From Flavobacteriales bacterium (lineage in GTDB: Bacteria; Bacteroidota; Bacteroidia; Flavobacteriales_D; Sanyastnellaceae), in contig JBILOU010000003.1 of NCBI GenBank assembly GCA_044374295.1, positions 7,988-71,987 of the forward strand: a stretch of 64,000 nt of DNA, written 5' to 3'. The first letter of the stretch is position 1. Each line of letters opens with the position of its first letter. Positions 28,537-36,875 of this stretch are shown here, piece after piece. The notes under the pieces are model-generated. The model searched no databases. It was not told where the DNA came from and saw nothing but the letters and a program-made list of their open reading frames with translations. The position numbers and the translations under genes were made by a program.

Positions 28537-29963
28537 GGTTGTAACATTAGCGGGACTCCCATGTAGAAGTCAATTATTTTCCGTTTAAAAATCCAGTCGT
28601 ATTTACTTCGAACAAAGTTCGATTCTGCTTGCTGCAGTCGGTTGCGCGCATCGAGGTATTCAGACATACCCACGACACCTTGATTGAATCGAAGTTCGTT
28701 CCAATCATACGCGAGTTGACTTGCTTCAACTGCCTTCTCAGTGGCTTCATACGTGGCTTTCGCGCGTGTCACGTCGAGAAAGGCTTTTCGCACTTCTTGT
28801 TCCAATTGAACTTTGGTTTGCTGAAGGGAGAGTTCATTATCTGCACGCGACAATTCCGCGCGTTTGATATTTACATCGTTTGAAAAGCCGTTGAATATCG
28901 GAAGTGTTAAACTGAAAAAAAGCGATTGGTTAACATTATCCTTCAACTGATTTCCGAATGCCTTCGTGGTGTAGTCGTCTACATTGTAAATGGCTTGCGG
29001 AAATGAGAATACGTATTGATTCGAGCCAAACACTTGTCCAATTGGAAAGGCCATTGAATCTGGGGATCCTGTTAGCACCTTTGATGCACCTGAATAACCT
29101 GAACCGTAAGAATAGCTCATGCTTAATCGGGGTGACATTCCACCTTTCGCAATGTTGAGGTTCAATTGACTTGAAGCCAATGAAAGTTCTGCAGATTTAA
29201 TTTCAGGGAATGTTCCCAATGCATTCTTTATGCATTGCGTTAAATCGGGAATTTGCTCAGCAATATTGAATGCCGCAGGATCTGCTTGAATAGTAAAACT
29301 TCTTTGCTCTTGTTCTGTTAATTGCATCAATTGAGCTATATCTAAAATTGCAGACTGCACATTGTTCTCGGCCGAAATAACATTGGCTTCATCTGAGAGC
29401 AATTGCGCTTCAATATCACGAAGACTTCCTTCGGCGGCGCTGCCAGCATTCACTAAATCTTTTATCCGCTTAACTTGTTCTTTGGTGCGATTGAGCGTGA
29501 GTTCTGAAGATGCTTGAAGTTCTTTGGTGAGTAAGACATTCAAATAAGCCACAGAAACTTGAAGTGCTAATTGGTTGCGTTGGTAGTCGAAAGTGAGCAT
29601 TTGGGCGCGTGTATCGACTTGCGCCTTCTTGTATTGATTCACATTTTGTAGACCTGAAAATAGGGTAACGCTTGTTGAGAGACCCAAACTATTGCTCTGA
29701 ATACGTTGTGTTGCGAACTGATTGGTGAACGGGTCAATACGCTGTCCCCAGTTGTATCCGTGTGAAACTTGTCCGTTTAAATTCGGAAGGAAATTACCCA
29801 ATGCCTGTTCTTGATTCAACTTGGTTTGTTCTAATCCAAGACTGTTTCGCTTCAAGCCAATGTTGCGTTCGATGGCTGTGCTGACACATTCTTGCAACGA
29901 CCACTGAGCGTAAGAAATGTGACTTCCTAAAATGACTAAGAAAACAAGGAAACAACGCTTCAT
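28533..29963 (-). CDS. TolC family outer-membrane efflux protein
   Basis: Signal peptide, then SLQECV..AIERN and two OEP repeats with coiled-coil segments. The gene overlaps the adaptor gene by 4 nt. Confidence 0.8.
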   Translation of the reverse strand: MKRCFLVFLVILGSHISYAQWSLQECVSTAIERNIGLKRNSLGLEQTKLNQEQALGNFLPNLNGQVSHGYNWGQRIDPFTNQFATQRIQSNSLGLSTSVTLFSGLQNVNQYKKAQVDTRAQMLTFDYQRNQLALQVSVAYLNVLLTKELQASSELTLNRTKEQVKRIKDLVNAGSAAEGSLRDIEAQLLSDEANVISAENNVQSAILDIAQLMQLTEQEQRSFTIQADPAAFNIAEQIPDLTQCIKNALGTFPEIKSAELSLASSQLNLNIAKGGMSPRLSMSYSYGSGYSGASKVLTGSPDSMAFPIGQVFGSNQYVFSFPQAIYNVDDYTTKAFGNQLKDNVNQSLFFSLTLPIFNGFSNDVNIKRAELSRADNELSLQQTKVQLEQEVRKAFLDVTRAKATYEATEKAVEASQLAYDWNELRFNQGVVGMSEYLDARNRLQQAESNFVRSKYDWIFKRKIIDFYMGVPLMLQP

Positions 29964-30004
29964 AAATCTTTAAAATTTCCGAAAATCACTAGACTTTCGG
30001 TATT

Positions 30005-30012
30005 CAAAGGTA
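30005..30012 (-). promoter_or_regulatory. -7 promoter box (TACCTTTG on the minus strand) upstream of the tolC-family gene
   Basis: Exact TAnnTTTG match 41 nt upstream of the ATG at 29963. Confidence 0.3.
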
Positions 30013-30024
30013 ACTGAAGTTCTT

Positions 30025-30258
30025 TTAATTCGCTTTGAAGAAATTCGCAATACGCTTTCTGAAAAAGACAATGGCAATAACTGCTAAAAGCGTATATGGA
30101 ATGAGCATCAGGTAAAGGATTCCTGAATTCAATCCTTCGGCTAAACTTCCCGAAGTATTCTGGTTTGCTGTTTCGGCTGTAGCCTTACACATGGCGCATT
30201 GCGCATAGGTTGCGAGATTTAGCGCGAAGAAAAACAATACAACAAATAGCTTTTTCAT
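30025..30258 (-). CDS. Small (77 aa) bitopic protein with an N-terminal CxxC, last gene of the oxidase accessory operon
   Basis: MKKLFVVLFFFALNLATYAQ-CAMCK..., then one C-terminal TM helix (ILYLMLIPYTLLAVIAIVFF) and a basic tail. The start at 30258 lies 3 nt after the DUF420 stop. The track ORF extension overlaps the DUF420 gene. Confidence 0.5.
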   Translation of the reverse strand: MKKLFVVLFFFALNLATYAQCAMCKATAETANQNTSGSLAEGLNSGILYLMLIPYTLLAVIAIVFFRKRIANFFKAN

Positions 30259-30260
30259 GT

Positions 30261-30803
30261 TCAATGGTAATAAGGTGAAATCATGAAGTAAACTGCAACT
30301 CCGGTTACGGCAACATAGAACCAAATTGGCCACGTGTATTTCGCTAATTTCTTGTGTGCAGGAAACTCAGCAATTAAAGCGCGGTAAGCGGTAAATAATA
30401 TAAATGGAAGAATAATAGCCGCTAATACAATGTGTGTTGAAAGGATGATCAAATAGAATGTTCTTAATGAATGGTCTTTCGGAAACTCCGTTTCTCCAGC
30501 GAACATGTGGTGCCCGATGTAGGTAACCAAGAACAGCACGCTTAAATAAATAGCCCCTTTCATTAACTTCTTGTGGGCTTCGAAATTTTTATTCTTCACC
30601 GCAACAAGTGCTGCTACTAAAAGAATCGATACTGTTCCGTTGATGAGCGCGTTGGCCTTCGCCAATAAATGCACATCGAATCCGATATCAACGTTGGTGA
30701 ATTTCAGATAGCGCAATGAAACAACTACTAGGAACACAACTGCCGATACAAGGTAGATAAGTGTTTTCGCAAGCTTATCGTTCTTTTTCAATTCTGCTTT
30801 CAT
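30261..30803 (-). CDS. DUF420 (CtaM-like) membrane protein, putative oxidase assembly factor
   Basis: 180 aa with about 4-5 TM helices. The position after the Sco genes in an oxidase operon matches the DUF420/CtaM family. Confidence 0.6.
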   Translation of the reverse strand: MKAELKKNDKLAKTLIYLVSAVVFLVVVSLRYLKFTNVDIGFDVHLLAKANALINGTVSILLVAALVAVKNKNFEAHKKLMKGAIYLSVLFLVTYIGHHMFAGETEFPKDHSLRTFYLIILSTHIVLAAIILPFILFTAYRALIAEFPAHKKLAKYTWPIWFYVAVTGVAVYFMISPYYH

Positions 30804-30807
30804 GATT

Positions 30808-31470
30808 TTATTTCTTAAGTAACAAATGTAAATCTGTAAACAACTGATCTACCGCTTTTGTTGAAGTTCCGTCGTAATATCCTCGAATTTTCCCTTCCTG
30901 ATCAATCAATGCGATTTGATCGGTATGAAAGAAACCTCCTTGAGCGGTATCTGATGGGAAAGCCGTGAGTTTGTATCCTTCCCTGGCCTGCCAATAAATA
31001 TCTTCCTCATTTCCGGTCACGAAATTCCAATTTGAATAATCGGCTCCCATGCGGTCAGCGTATGCTTTCAAGGCTTCTGGCGTATCGTTCTTCGGGTCTA
31101 CGGTGTGTGAAAGGAAAACAACCTGATCGTTGATGTTCTCTGATTTAACAGCATGCTGCAATCGCGCCATTTGAGACGAGAGCATGGGACAGATGCTTGT
31201 GCAGTTGGTGAAGAAAAAATCAACAACCGCAATCTTTCCAACCATGAAATCGTTGGTGATGATTTTGCCATCTTGATTGGTAAACGCAAACAAGGGTATT
31301 GCATCGTAGACTGTATCTGAGATGCCCTCTCCCTTCTCGTTGTACTTGATTTCAATTCCGAAATCACCGAAATAAGGCAATGTCTTTTGCTTTTGCTCGG
31401 GTGCTTTCACAGGATCTGTGCACGCTGCAAGGGCAATGAATGCTAAAAGGAAAACACGTTTAGTATCCAC
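30808..31470 (-). CDS. SCO1/SenC family copper chaperone (lipoprotein)
   Basis: Lipobox LAAC. Thioredoxin fold with the canonical CxxxC (FFFTNCTSICP) and the downstream His (FFHTDQIALID). Confidence 0.8.
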   Translation of the reverse strand: MDTKRVFLLAFIALAACTDPVKAPEQKQKTLPYFGDFGIEIKYNEKGEGISDTVYDAIPLFAFTNQDGKIITNDFMVGKIAVVDFFFTNCTSICPMLSSQMARLQHAVKSENINDQVVFLSHTVDPKNDTPEALKAYADRMGADYSNWNFVTGNEEDIYWQAREGYKLTAFPSDTAQGGFFHTDQIALIDQEGKIRGYYDGTSTKAVDQLFTDLHLLLKK

Positions 31471-32101
31471 GTTTAATCTTTCTCTTTTTATTTAAGATCG
31501 CGACATCCTCCATGAGGTTTTCAAAGTGATATTCCGTGTTGCCGTATAGTCCGCGAATGTGTCCAGACTCATCTAACAAACGAAATACAGCCTCCTTTTT
31601 CAAATCTTGAATAAGGAATCCATTTCGAACAAACGAATCCATAGAAGCCGAATCTCCTTGAAGGAATTGCCATTTACTCTTGTTGTTTGAATATCTTAGG
31701 TTCTGAGTCACATAAGCCTGAACAGCCGCCGTGTCTGAATATCCGTTTGGATCAAAACAAACAATATAAATATCAGGCTCCATTCGGAATTTAAAATTCG
31801 GGATCAGCAAGCGCTCTGTAATTTTTGAAAGATTTGAATCTTCAAAGTCTACAAATGCCGCCACCCAGATCTTTCCCATGAGGGAGTCTCGATTGATGAG
31901 TTCATTGTTCTGATTGACAAACGCGAAATCGGGAATTTGGTAATCTGAATTCACGCAGCCGGTGTCGCAAGCAGGTCCAAAATAGAGGGGTTCGCTAAAG
32001 TTATGCTTTCCCATTGGCCCAAGGACAATGAGTAAGGTGAAGGGAATAAAAAAAAGCATACCCACTAATAGGATATACTTTTTTAATTTTTTGTTTTTCA
32101 T
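31460..32101 (-). CDS. Sco-like thioredoxin-fold paralog lacking the canonical CxxxC/His copper ligands
   Basis: It aligns by eye with the neighbouring Sco (IPDFAFVNQNNELI..DSLMGKIWVAAF... and ...GHIRGLYGNTEY). The CxxxC position reads DFEDSNLS and the His position is lost. A different CxxxC (ACDTGC) lies near the N-terminus. Confidence 0.55.
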   Translation of the reverse strand: MKNKKLKKYILLVGMLFFIPFTLLIVLGPMGKHNFSEPLYFGPACDTGCVNSDYQIPDFAFVNQNNELINRDSLMGKIWVAAFVDFEDSNLSKITERLLIPNFKFRMEPDIYIVCFDPNGYSDTAAVQAYVTQNLRYSNNKSKWQFLQGDSASMDSFVRNGFLIQDLKKEAVFRLLDESGHIRGLYGNTEYHFENLMEDVAILNKKRKIKRGY

Positions 32102-32112
32102 TGACCTTCAGC

Positions 32113-32490
32113 TTAGCCGAAGATGTTGTGTCCTGTTTGCACACTCACACCTTCATACAATCCAATAAAGATTAAATACATGATGAATATTGCGTAAGGA
32201 AGAAGTACAACATACTTCAAGTTCTTTCTCTCATCGCCAAGGTGCATGAAGATAAGAACGATGTATGCAGCCTTCACTAACGTTAGTATCAAGAACGTTA
32301 ATTTGATTGCTTCCCAAGTGAATGTTCCGTTTCTTTTGAACGCAACACCCATGAATACTTCAATGATTGTGATCACTGTAAGAAGAACAGTAACCGCATA
32401 TAATTTTTTGCGAATTTGCTTTCCAGCTTCTTCGCTGTGCTTTGCATTAAGAGCGTAGCTCTCATTTACAATTAAGTCGTCTCTTTCCAT
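32113..32490 (-). CDS. Cytochrome c oxidase subunit IV family protein (bacterial aa3/caa3 type)
   Basis: 125 aa with three TM helices, located directly after subunit III. I place the start at MERDD (32490); the track extension runs into the upstream gene. Confidence 0.6.
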   Translation of the reverse strand: MERDDLIVNESYALNAKHSEEAGKQIRKKLYAVTVLLTVITIIEVFMGVAFKRNGTFTWEAIKLTFLILTLVKAAYIVLIFMHLGDERKNLKYVVLLPYAIFIMYLIFIGLYEGVSVQTGHNIFG

Positions 32491-32504
32491 GATAATCAGC
32501 GATA

Positions 32505-33530
32505 TTAGATAAGGTAGAAGAATGTAAATACGAACACCCACACAAGGTCAACGAAGTGCCAATACAACCCGATTTTCTCAATCATTTCGTAGTGACCGCG
32601 TTTTTCGAATATGCCTTTAACGGCCATTAACCAGACAATGATATTGATTAACACCCCTGAAAATACGTGAAATCCGTGGAATCCTGTTACGAAGAAGAAG
32701 AAGTTCGCGTATTGCTGTTGAATAGCGTATTCGTTCTTCTTCATGTTAGCTCCGAAAGCCATTGAACCTTCTTCTTTAGCAGCCCAAATCTTTTTCGCGT
32801 CGTCTCCCTTAACAACCAACTTTCGAAGGTCTTTTCCGTCTTTGTGCTCCAAAGTATATTTATTCAAAATAATTTCCTCTGGAACCATTGTGGAAATGTC
32901 TTCGTGTGTTTCAGCAGCAGCGTGTTCACCATGTCCGCCATGAGCGTCATGAGAAACAGGCTCTTCTGCAGCTTCCATTGCGTGCTCATATTTGTGACCG
33001 AAATCGCTTGTCATGTGCACCCAAGACCCATTGTCCAAAGTCATTTGGTATGAATTTCCGGCATCATCAGTTGCAGTAACCGTCATTGGTTGGTTAATTT
33101 GAAAACCGCCACCGGAACCGTGAATGAAGTGAGACCACTCCCAAGCTTGAGAGCCTAAGAAGAAGAAGCCACCAATAATTGTAAGACCTAACCATTTCAC
33201 CACACCTTTCTTATCCATGCGGTGACCAGCTTCTACAGCCAATACCATTGTTACAGAAGAGATGATAAGGATGAACGTCATTAAAGCAACGTACATCAAA
33301 GGATAAGAACCGTGAAGACCAGGCAGGGCTTCGAATACTTGTTCACCTACAGGCCACAAGTCTGAACTTCCGTGACGAATAACTCCGTATGCTGTAAGAA
33401 GTCCGCCAAATGTGAGGGCGTCCGATACAAGGAAAAACCACATCATCATTTTACCATAAGAAACGCTGAACGGAGAGCGATTACCGCCCCATAATTCGTC
33501 CGTAGTTACATGTTCTGCTTGACCTGCCAT
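32505..33530 (-). CDS. Cytochrome c oxidase subunit III with a roughly 135-aa His-rich insertion
   Basis: CoxIII signatures at both ends (MMMWFFLVSDALTFGGLL...; FFFVTGFHGFHVFSGVL...YWHFVDLVWVFVFTFFY). The central segment 32715..33119 is hydrophilic and His-rich. Confidence 0.75.
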   Translation of the reverse strand: MAGQAEHVTTDELWGGNRSPFSVSYGKMMMWFFLVSDALTFGGLLTAYGVIRHGSSDLWPVGEQVFEALPGLHGSYPLMYVALMTFILIISSVTMVLAVEAGHRMDKKGVVKWLGLTIIGGFFFLGSQAWEWSHFIHGSGGGFQINQPMTVTATDDAGNSYQMTLDNGSWVHMTSDFGHKYEHAMEAAEEPVSHDAHGGHGEHAAAETHEDISTMVPEEIILNKYTLEHKDGKDLRKLVVKGDDAKKIWAAKEEGSMAFGANMKKNEYAIQQQYANFFFFVTGFHGFHVFSGVLINIIVWLMAVKGIFEKRGHYEMIEKIGLYWHFVDLVWVFVFTFFYLI

Positions 33531-33640
33531 AATAGTGAATGAAATTTGGGTGCAATTTTACTTCAAAAGCTTCAATTTAGAAAAGAGAATCGGCATTTTT
33601 CACTATTTTGAATAATTCTGAATAAGCCGAGCCTCGAGAT

Positions 33641-34420
33641 TTAGTAAATGTAAAAAATGAAGAAGAAGAGGTAAATCCACAAGATTCCCATGAAATGCCA
33701 ATACATTCCGTTGGAATGAAGGCTGATACAATTGTCTTTGTTTAGCTTTCCGCTCTTTAATCTGAAAAGGTTAACCGCTAAATAGATTAGTCCGAAAAGC
33801 AAGTGAGCAATGTGCAGATAGATAAGAACGCTTAGCATGGCACCCGATGCATTGAACGTTGTTTGAACTTCCAATGTCTTGTCTTCTCTTGACTGATCGG
33901 GACGAACATAATAATAGTTGTCACCCTCTTTAACCAAAATTTGATCGTTCAATTCGAAATAATAATTCGTTCCGTATTCACCATTCAATTTTCCAAGGGT
34001 GTTCCAACGTGATTGTTTCAATCCTTGTTCTGTTTGCGTAATGGTGTTTCCCATTCCCATTGCAGCCATTTCATCCCAACCCTTATTCTGAGTATAGACG
34101 AAACCAAGTCCCAAAATGAAGGTAGCTAAAGTGCCGTACAAAGCCATTGACTGCTTTCCAGCTTTCAATGCGCGAAGGGCAGCTATGAGTGTGACACTGC
34201 TTAAAACGATGAGGGCGTTACCGACCCAAAAAATAGCAGGTGGTTGAATGTGCACCCACAAAAGTTTTCCGTAAAGGACCATGATAGCGCTGGTAATTCC
34301 GCCAAACAACATTACAACGGCGAAAATTAAAAACCATACAATCATCTTCTTTGTACGAAGTTTCACATCTGGGTTGTGTCCTTCAAAAGGATTAATTTCT
34401 TTAAAGTCTGTGTTTTCCAT
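33641..34420 (-). CDS. Cytochrome c oxidase subunit III family protein (second copy)
   Basis: Polytopic protein ending in HSNGMYWHFMGILWIYLFFFIFYIY, a CoxIII-type C-terminal helix pair. The start of this gene and the stop of cyoE share position 34420. Confidence 0.65.
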   Translation of the reverse strand: MENTDFKEINPFEGHNPDVKLRTKKMIVWFLIFAVVMLFGGITSAIMVLYGKLLWVHIQPPAIFWVGNALIVLSSVTLIAALRALKAGKQSMALYGTLATFILGLGFVYTQNKGWDEMAAMGMGNTITQTEQGLKQSRWNTLGKLNGEYGTNYYFELNDQILVKEGDNYYYVRPDQSREDKTLEVQTTFNASGAMLSVLIYLHIAHLLFGLIYLAVNLFRLKSGKLNKDNCISLHSNGMYWHFMGILWIYLFFFIFYIY

Positions 34421-35316
34421 TAGATTTTATCTATTACGTATGCAATTTGAACTATGGGTAAATAAAAGAATGAGGCAAACATAACCTTGCGTGCATTCAA
34501 CAAAGTTGGTTCTTTAAAAAGTTTGTAGGCGAGAAAAGATATCCAAATGCCGGCTAATACAACAATGATTGCAGCAATGTTTCCAACCATGGTTGTTTCG
34601 AGTGGAAGTGTCCAAGGGAGAAGGCTTACTGGAATAAGGAAAAAGCTGTACACCATAATTTGGAAGGCCGTTTTTTTATCGGGCGTTCCACTGAAGGGAA
34701 GCAATTTGTATCCGCCTCTGTTATAGTCCTCGTGGGACACCCAAGCTATGGCCCAAAAATGGGGGAACTGCCACATAAACTGCACGGCAAACAAGACCCC
34801 GGCTTCCAATCCGAATTGATTCGTAGCAGCAACATAACCGATCATGGGCGCTATAGCGCCTGGGAAAGCTCCAATAAATACTGCCCACGGCGAAACGCGT
34901 TTGAGTGGCGTGTAGATGAAAGCGTAGGATAAGAAGGCTGAAAATCCGAGGATACCTGATGCGGTGTTCAAGTAATAGAACAAGATGAAAATCCCGAGAC
35001 CTGCTGTTGCTAAAGAGACGAACCAAGCTTCAAGTGTCGAGATTCTTTTGGTTGGAAGCGGACGGGTTCTTGTGCGGTGCATTAGCGAATCCCATTGCTG
35101 TTCGAGTACTTGATTGGCACCGTTACTTCCACCCGCCAATAAAAATCCAGCGAGAATTAACCAGCCTATTTTATCATACTCCCACTTCTCTGCTCCCATT
35201 TCATAGGAGAGAATGCAAGAAACTACCACCAAAAACGAAAGGCGCAACTTGAATAAATCCAAAGCCGCTTTAATCTTCACCATTACACCTGATTTCTCTT
35301 CAACCGAAACTTCCAT
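34420..35316 (-). CDS. cyoE: Protohaem IX farnesyltransferase (haem O synthase)
   Basis: UbiA-family motifs GGSNGANQVLE...D..M.RT..RPLP and YTP.KR.....FIGA.PGA.P...GY. Confidence 0.85.
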   Translation of the reverse strand: MEVSVEEKSGVMVKIKAALDLFKLRLSFLVVVSCILSYEMGAEKWEYDKIGWLILAGFLLAGGSNGANQVLEQQWDSLMHRTRTRPLPTKRISTLEAWFVSLATAGLGIFILFYYLNTASGILGFSAFLSYAFIYTPLKRVSPWAVFIGAFPGAIAPMIGYVAATNQFGLEAGVLFAVQFMWQFPHFWAIAWVSHEDYNRGGYKLLPFSGTPDKKTAFQIMVYSFFLIPVSLLPWTLPLETTMVGNIAAIIVVLAGIWISFLAYKLFKEPTLLNARKVMFASFFYLPIVQIAYVIDKI

Positions 35317-35336
35317 TTCTGCTACCTCAATTTTTG

Positions 35337-35344
35337 CAAAAGTA
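35337..35344 (-). promoter_or_regulatory. -7 promoter box (TACTTTTG on the minus strand) upstream of cyoE
   Basis: Exact TAnnTTTG match 20 nt upstream of the ATG at 35316. Confidence 0.35.
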
Positions 35345-35365
35345 CTGCTTTATACTCTTCAACAA

Positions 35366-36778
35366 TTAATAATCCCAACGACGCACTTGCCGAATTCCTT
35401 TGCGTATTCCAACCATAAGCCAAGCCTCTTTAAAAGCATCTACTCTTCTATCTTCCGAGCGATAGCGTGCAAATCCGAATACCTGAAGGGCAGGAGAAAC
35501 TTGATAAGCAGCTTCAGTATTCACAACAAATAGGGTACTTCTGTTCCCTTGAAGAATATTGTTTCCGTATACACTCCAAGGGTTAACGTATGATTGGAAA
35601 ATGTTTCCGCCGACATTTTGCTGAGCATCTCTTCCGAATGCGCCCCAAACAATGCTTGCTGTATAATTCCATTTTGCACGAGAGTAATGAACGGAGGTAT
35701 ACCATTCGTAAAAGTTTGCTCCCAACGGATGAGCCAACGGCTGTCCCATGTGTTCCCAAGCCTGAATCTCACTTCCGTGTGTGTAGGTGAAAGGCCGAAC
35801 AAAAGACCATTCCGTGAGAACGGATAAGCCTTGAATTTTCTTCGGGTTTAATCGCATACCCAATTGCATTCCGAATTTATTTCCCCACCAACCGTTTCTG
35901 TTTCGAATTTCACTCATTAAAAATTCATCGAGAATCAGTTGTCCGTACACCTCGAATTCCTCGCTGTGCTTGTACAATCCAGAAGCACCAAGCAAAACGT
36001 TATCAGCAGACCCTTGAGAAAATTCAGCCGGACGATAAAACAAAAACGGATTCAAGTAGTGGAGATCTAACTCTCGTCGGCTAGCAGAATCCCTCGCTTG
36101 CCAAACAACCATTTCATGGGCCGATACCGACCATTTCTTATTAATCTTCCACTCGAGTGTGTGCACTGCGATGTACTTTGGATTCAAATCGAAATGATTC
36201 TGCATGCGTTGCAGGCTGTGCGTTCGCGACCAAAGATTCGTGAAGGTGATTTTCTTTCCAATCTTCGTTTCCAATTTCATGAATGGAAGAGCACTTGCGC
36301 TGCTCGAAAGAATGAGTGAGCGATAACCGTATCCTAAATTCTGTCTTGAATTTCCAACCGATAGCGTAAAATGATTGTTTAGTTTTCTGGAATACACGAC
36401 TTCTGGAAGCGCTGCAAAAGCGGTTGCTCCCGAGTCAGGCGTTAGCACTCTTCCGAAGTTTGGAAGAACTCCTAAAGAATCTAAAAAACGTTTGTTGAAT
36501 TCAGGGAAATGAAAAACAGCACCGGTTATAGACAATGACAACTTGTTTTTTTCATTCCTGAAAATATTGCTGTAGTTGAACACTGCTGAATAGCCAAGAT
36601 TGGAAATTTCGCGCGAACGATCTAACCCTGCGGCCAATTCAAAATTGAACTTTGAAATCACGGTGTCCGTTTCCACTTTCAATAAAGTAGCGTAACGCAA
36701 TTCATTGAACAGAGAGTCCTGCGAAAACACGACGTTAAACGCTACAACAAGCGAGAGTATAGCTATGATTTTTTTCAC
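35366..36778 (-). CDS. Predicted outer-membrane beta-barrel protein, possibly Wzi (capsule assembly)-like
   Basis: GTG start with a signal peptide MKKIIAILSLVVAFNVVFSQ, alternating beta-strand pattern and a C-terminal aromatic residue. GYGYRSLILSSSASALPF resembles the Wzi family block. The family call is tentative. Confidence 0.45.
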   Translation of the reverse strand: MKKIIAILSLVVAFNVVFSQDSLFNELRYATLLKVETDTVISKFNFELAAGLDRSREISNLGYSAVFNYSNIFRNEKNKLSLSITGAVFHFPEFNKRFLDSLGVLPNFGRVLTPDSGATAFAALPEVVYSRKLNNHFTLSVGNSRQNLGYGYRSLILSSSASALPFMKLETKIGKKITFTNLWSRTHSLQRMQNHFDLNPKYIAVHTLEWKINKKWSVSAHEMVVWQARDSASRRELDLHYLNPFLFYRPAEFSQGSADNVLLGASGLYKHSEEFEVYGQLILDEFLMSEIRNRNGWWGNKFGMQLGMRLNPKKIQGLSVLTEWSFVRPFTYTHGSEIQAWEHMGQPLAHPLGANFYEWYTSVHYSRAKWNYTASIVWGAFGRDAQQNVGGNIFQSYVNPWSVYGNNILQGNRSTLFVVNTEAAYQVSPALQVFGFARYRSEDRRVDAFKEAWLMVGIRKGIRQVRRWDY

Positions 36779-36875
36779 GAGGGGAAGATAGAACAGTCTT
36801 TCAAAACATGCATTGTTAATAGGTAATAAGTTTCACAATTTTATGTTGAAAGAATAGCCTTTAATTTGTGTTGTT

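Noticed and set aside
29975-29996. Hairpin CCGAAA-(10 nt)-TTTCGG between the oxidase operon and the tolC-family gene, considered as a terminator.
   Set aside because: The stem is only 6 bp with a 10-nt loop and a poor T-tract. On the minus strand it lies downstream of the candidate tolC -7 box, so it would be in the 5' leader rather than ending the upstream operon.
33531-33640. 110-bp gap between the two subunit III genes, checked for a small RNA or small ORF.
   Set aside because: It contains only a 12-codon ORF, no stable hairpin and no exact promoter box. It is most simply an intra-operon spacer.
34660-35533. Cluster of plus- and minus-strand ORFs (81-106 aa) overlapping cyoE and the start of the outer-membrane protein gene.
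   Set aside because: All overlap genes with strong family signatures, and none has a signal, motif or promoter box of its own.
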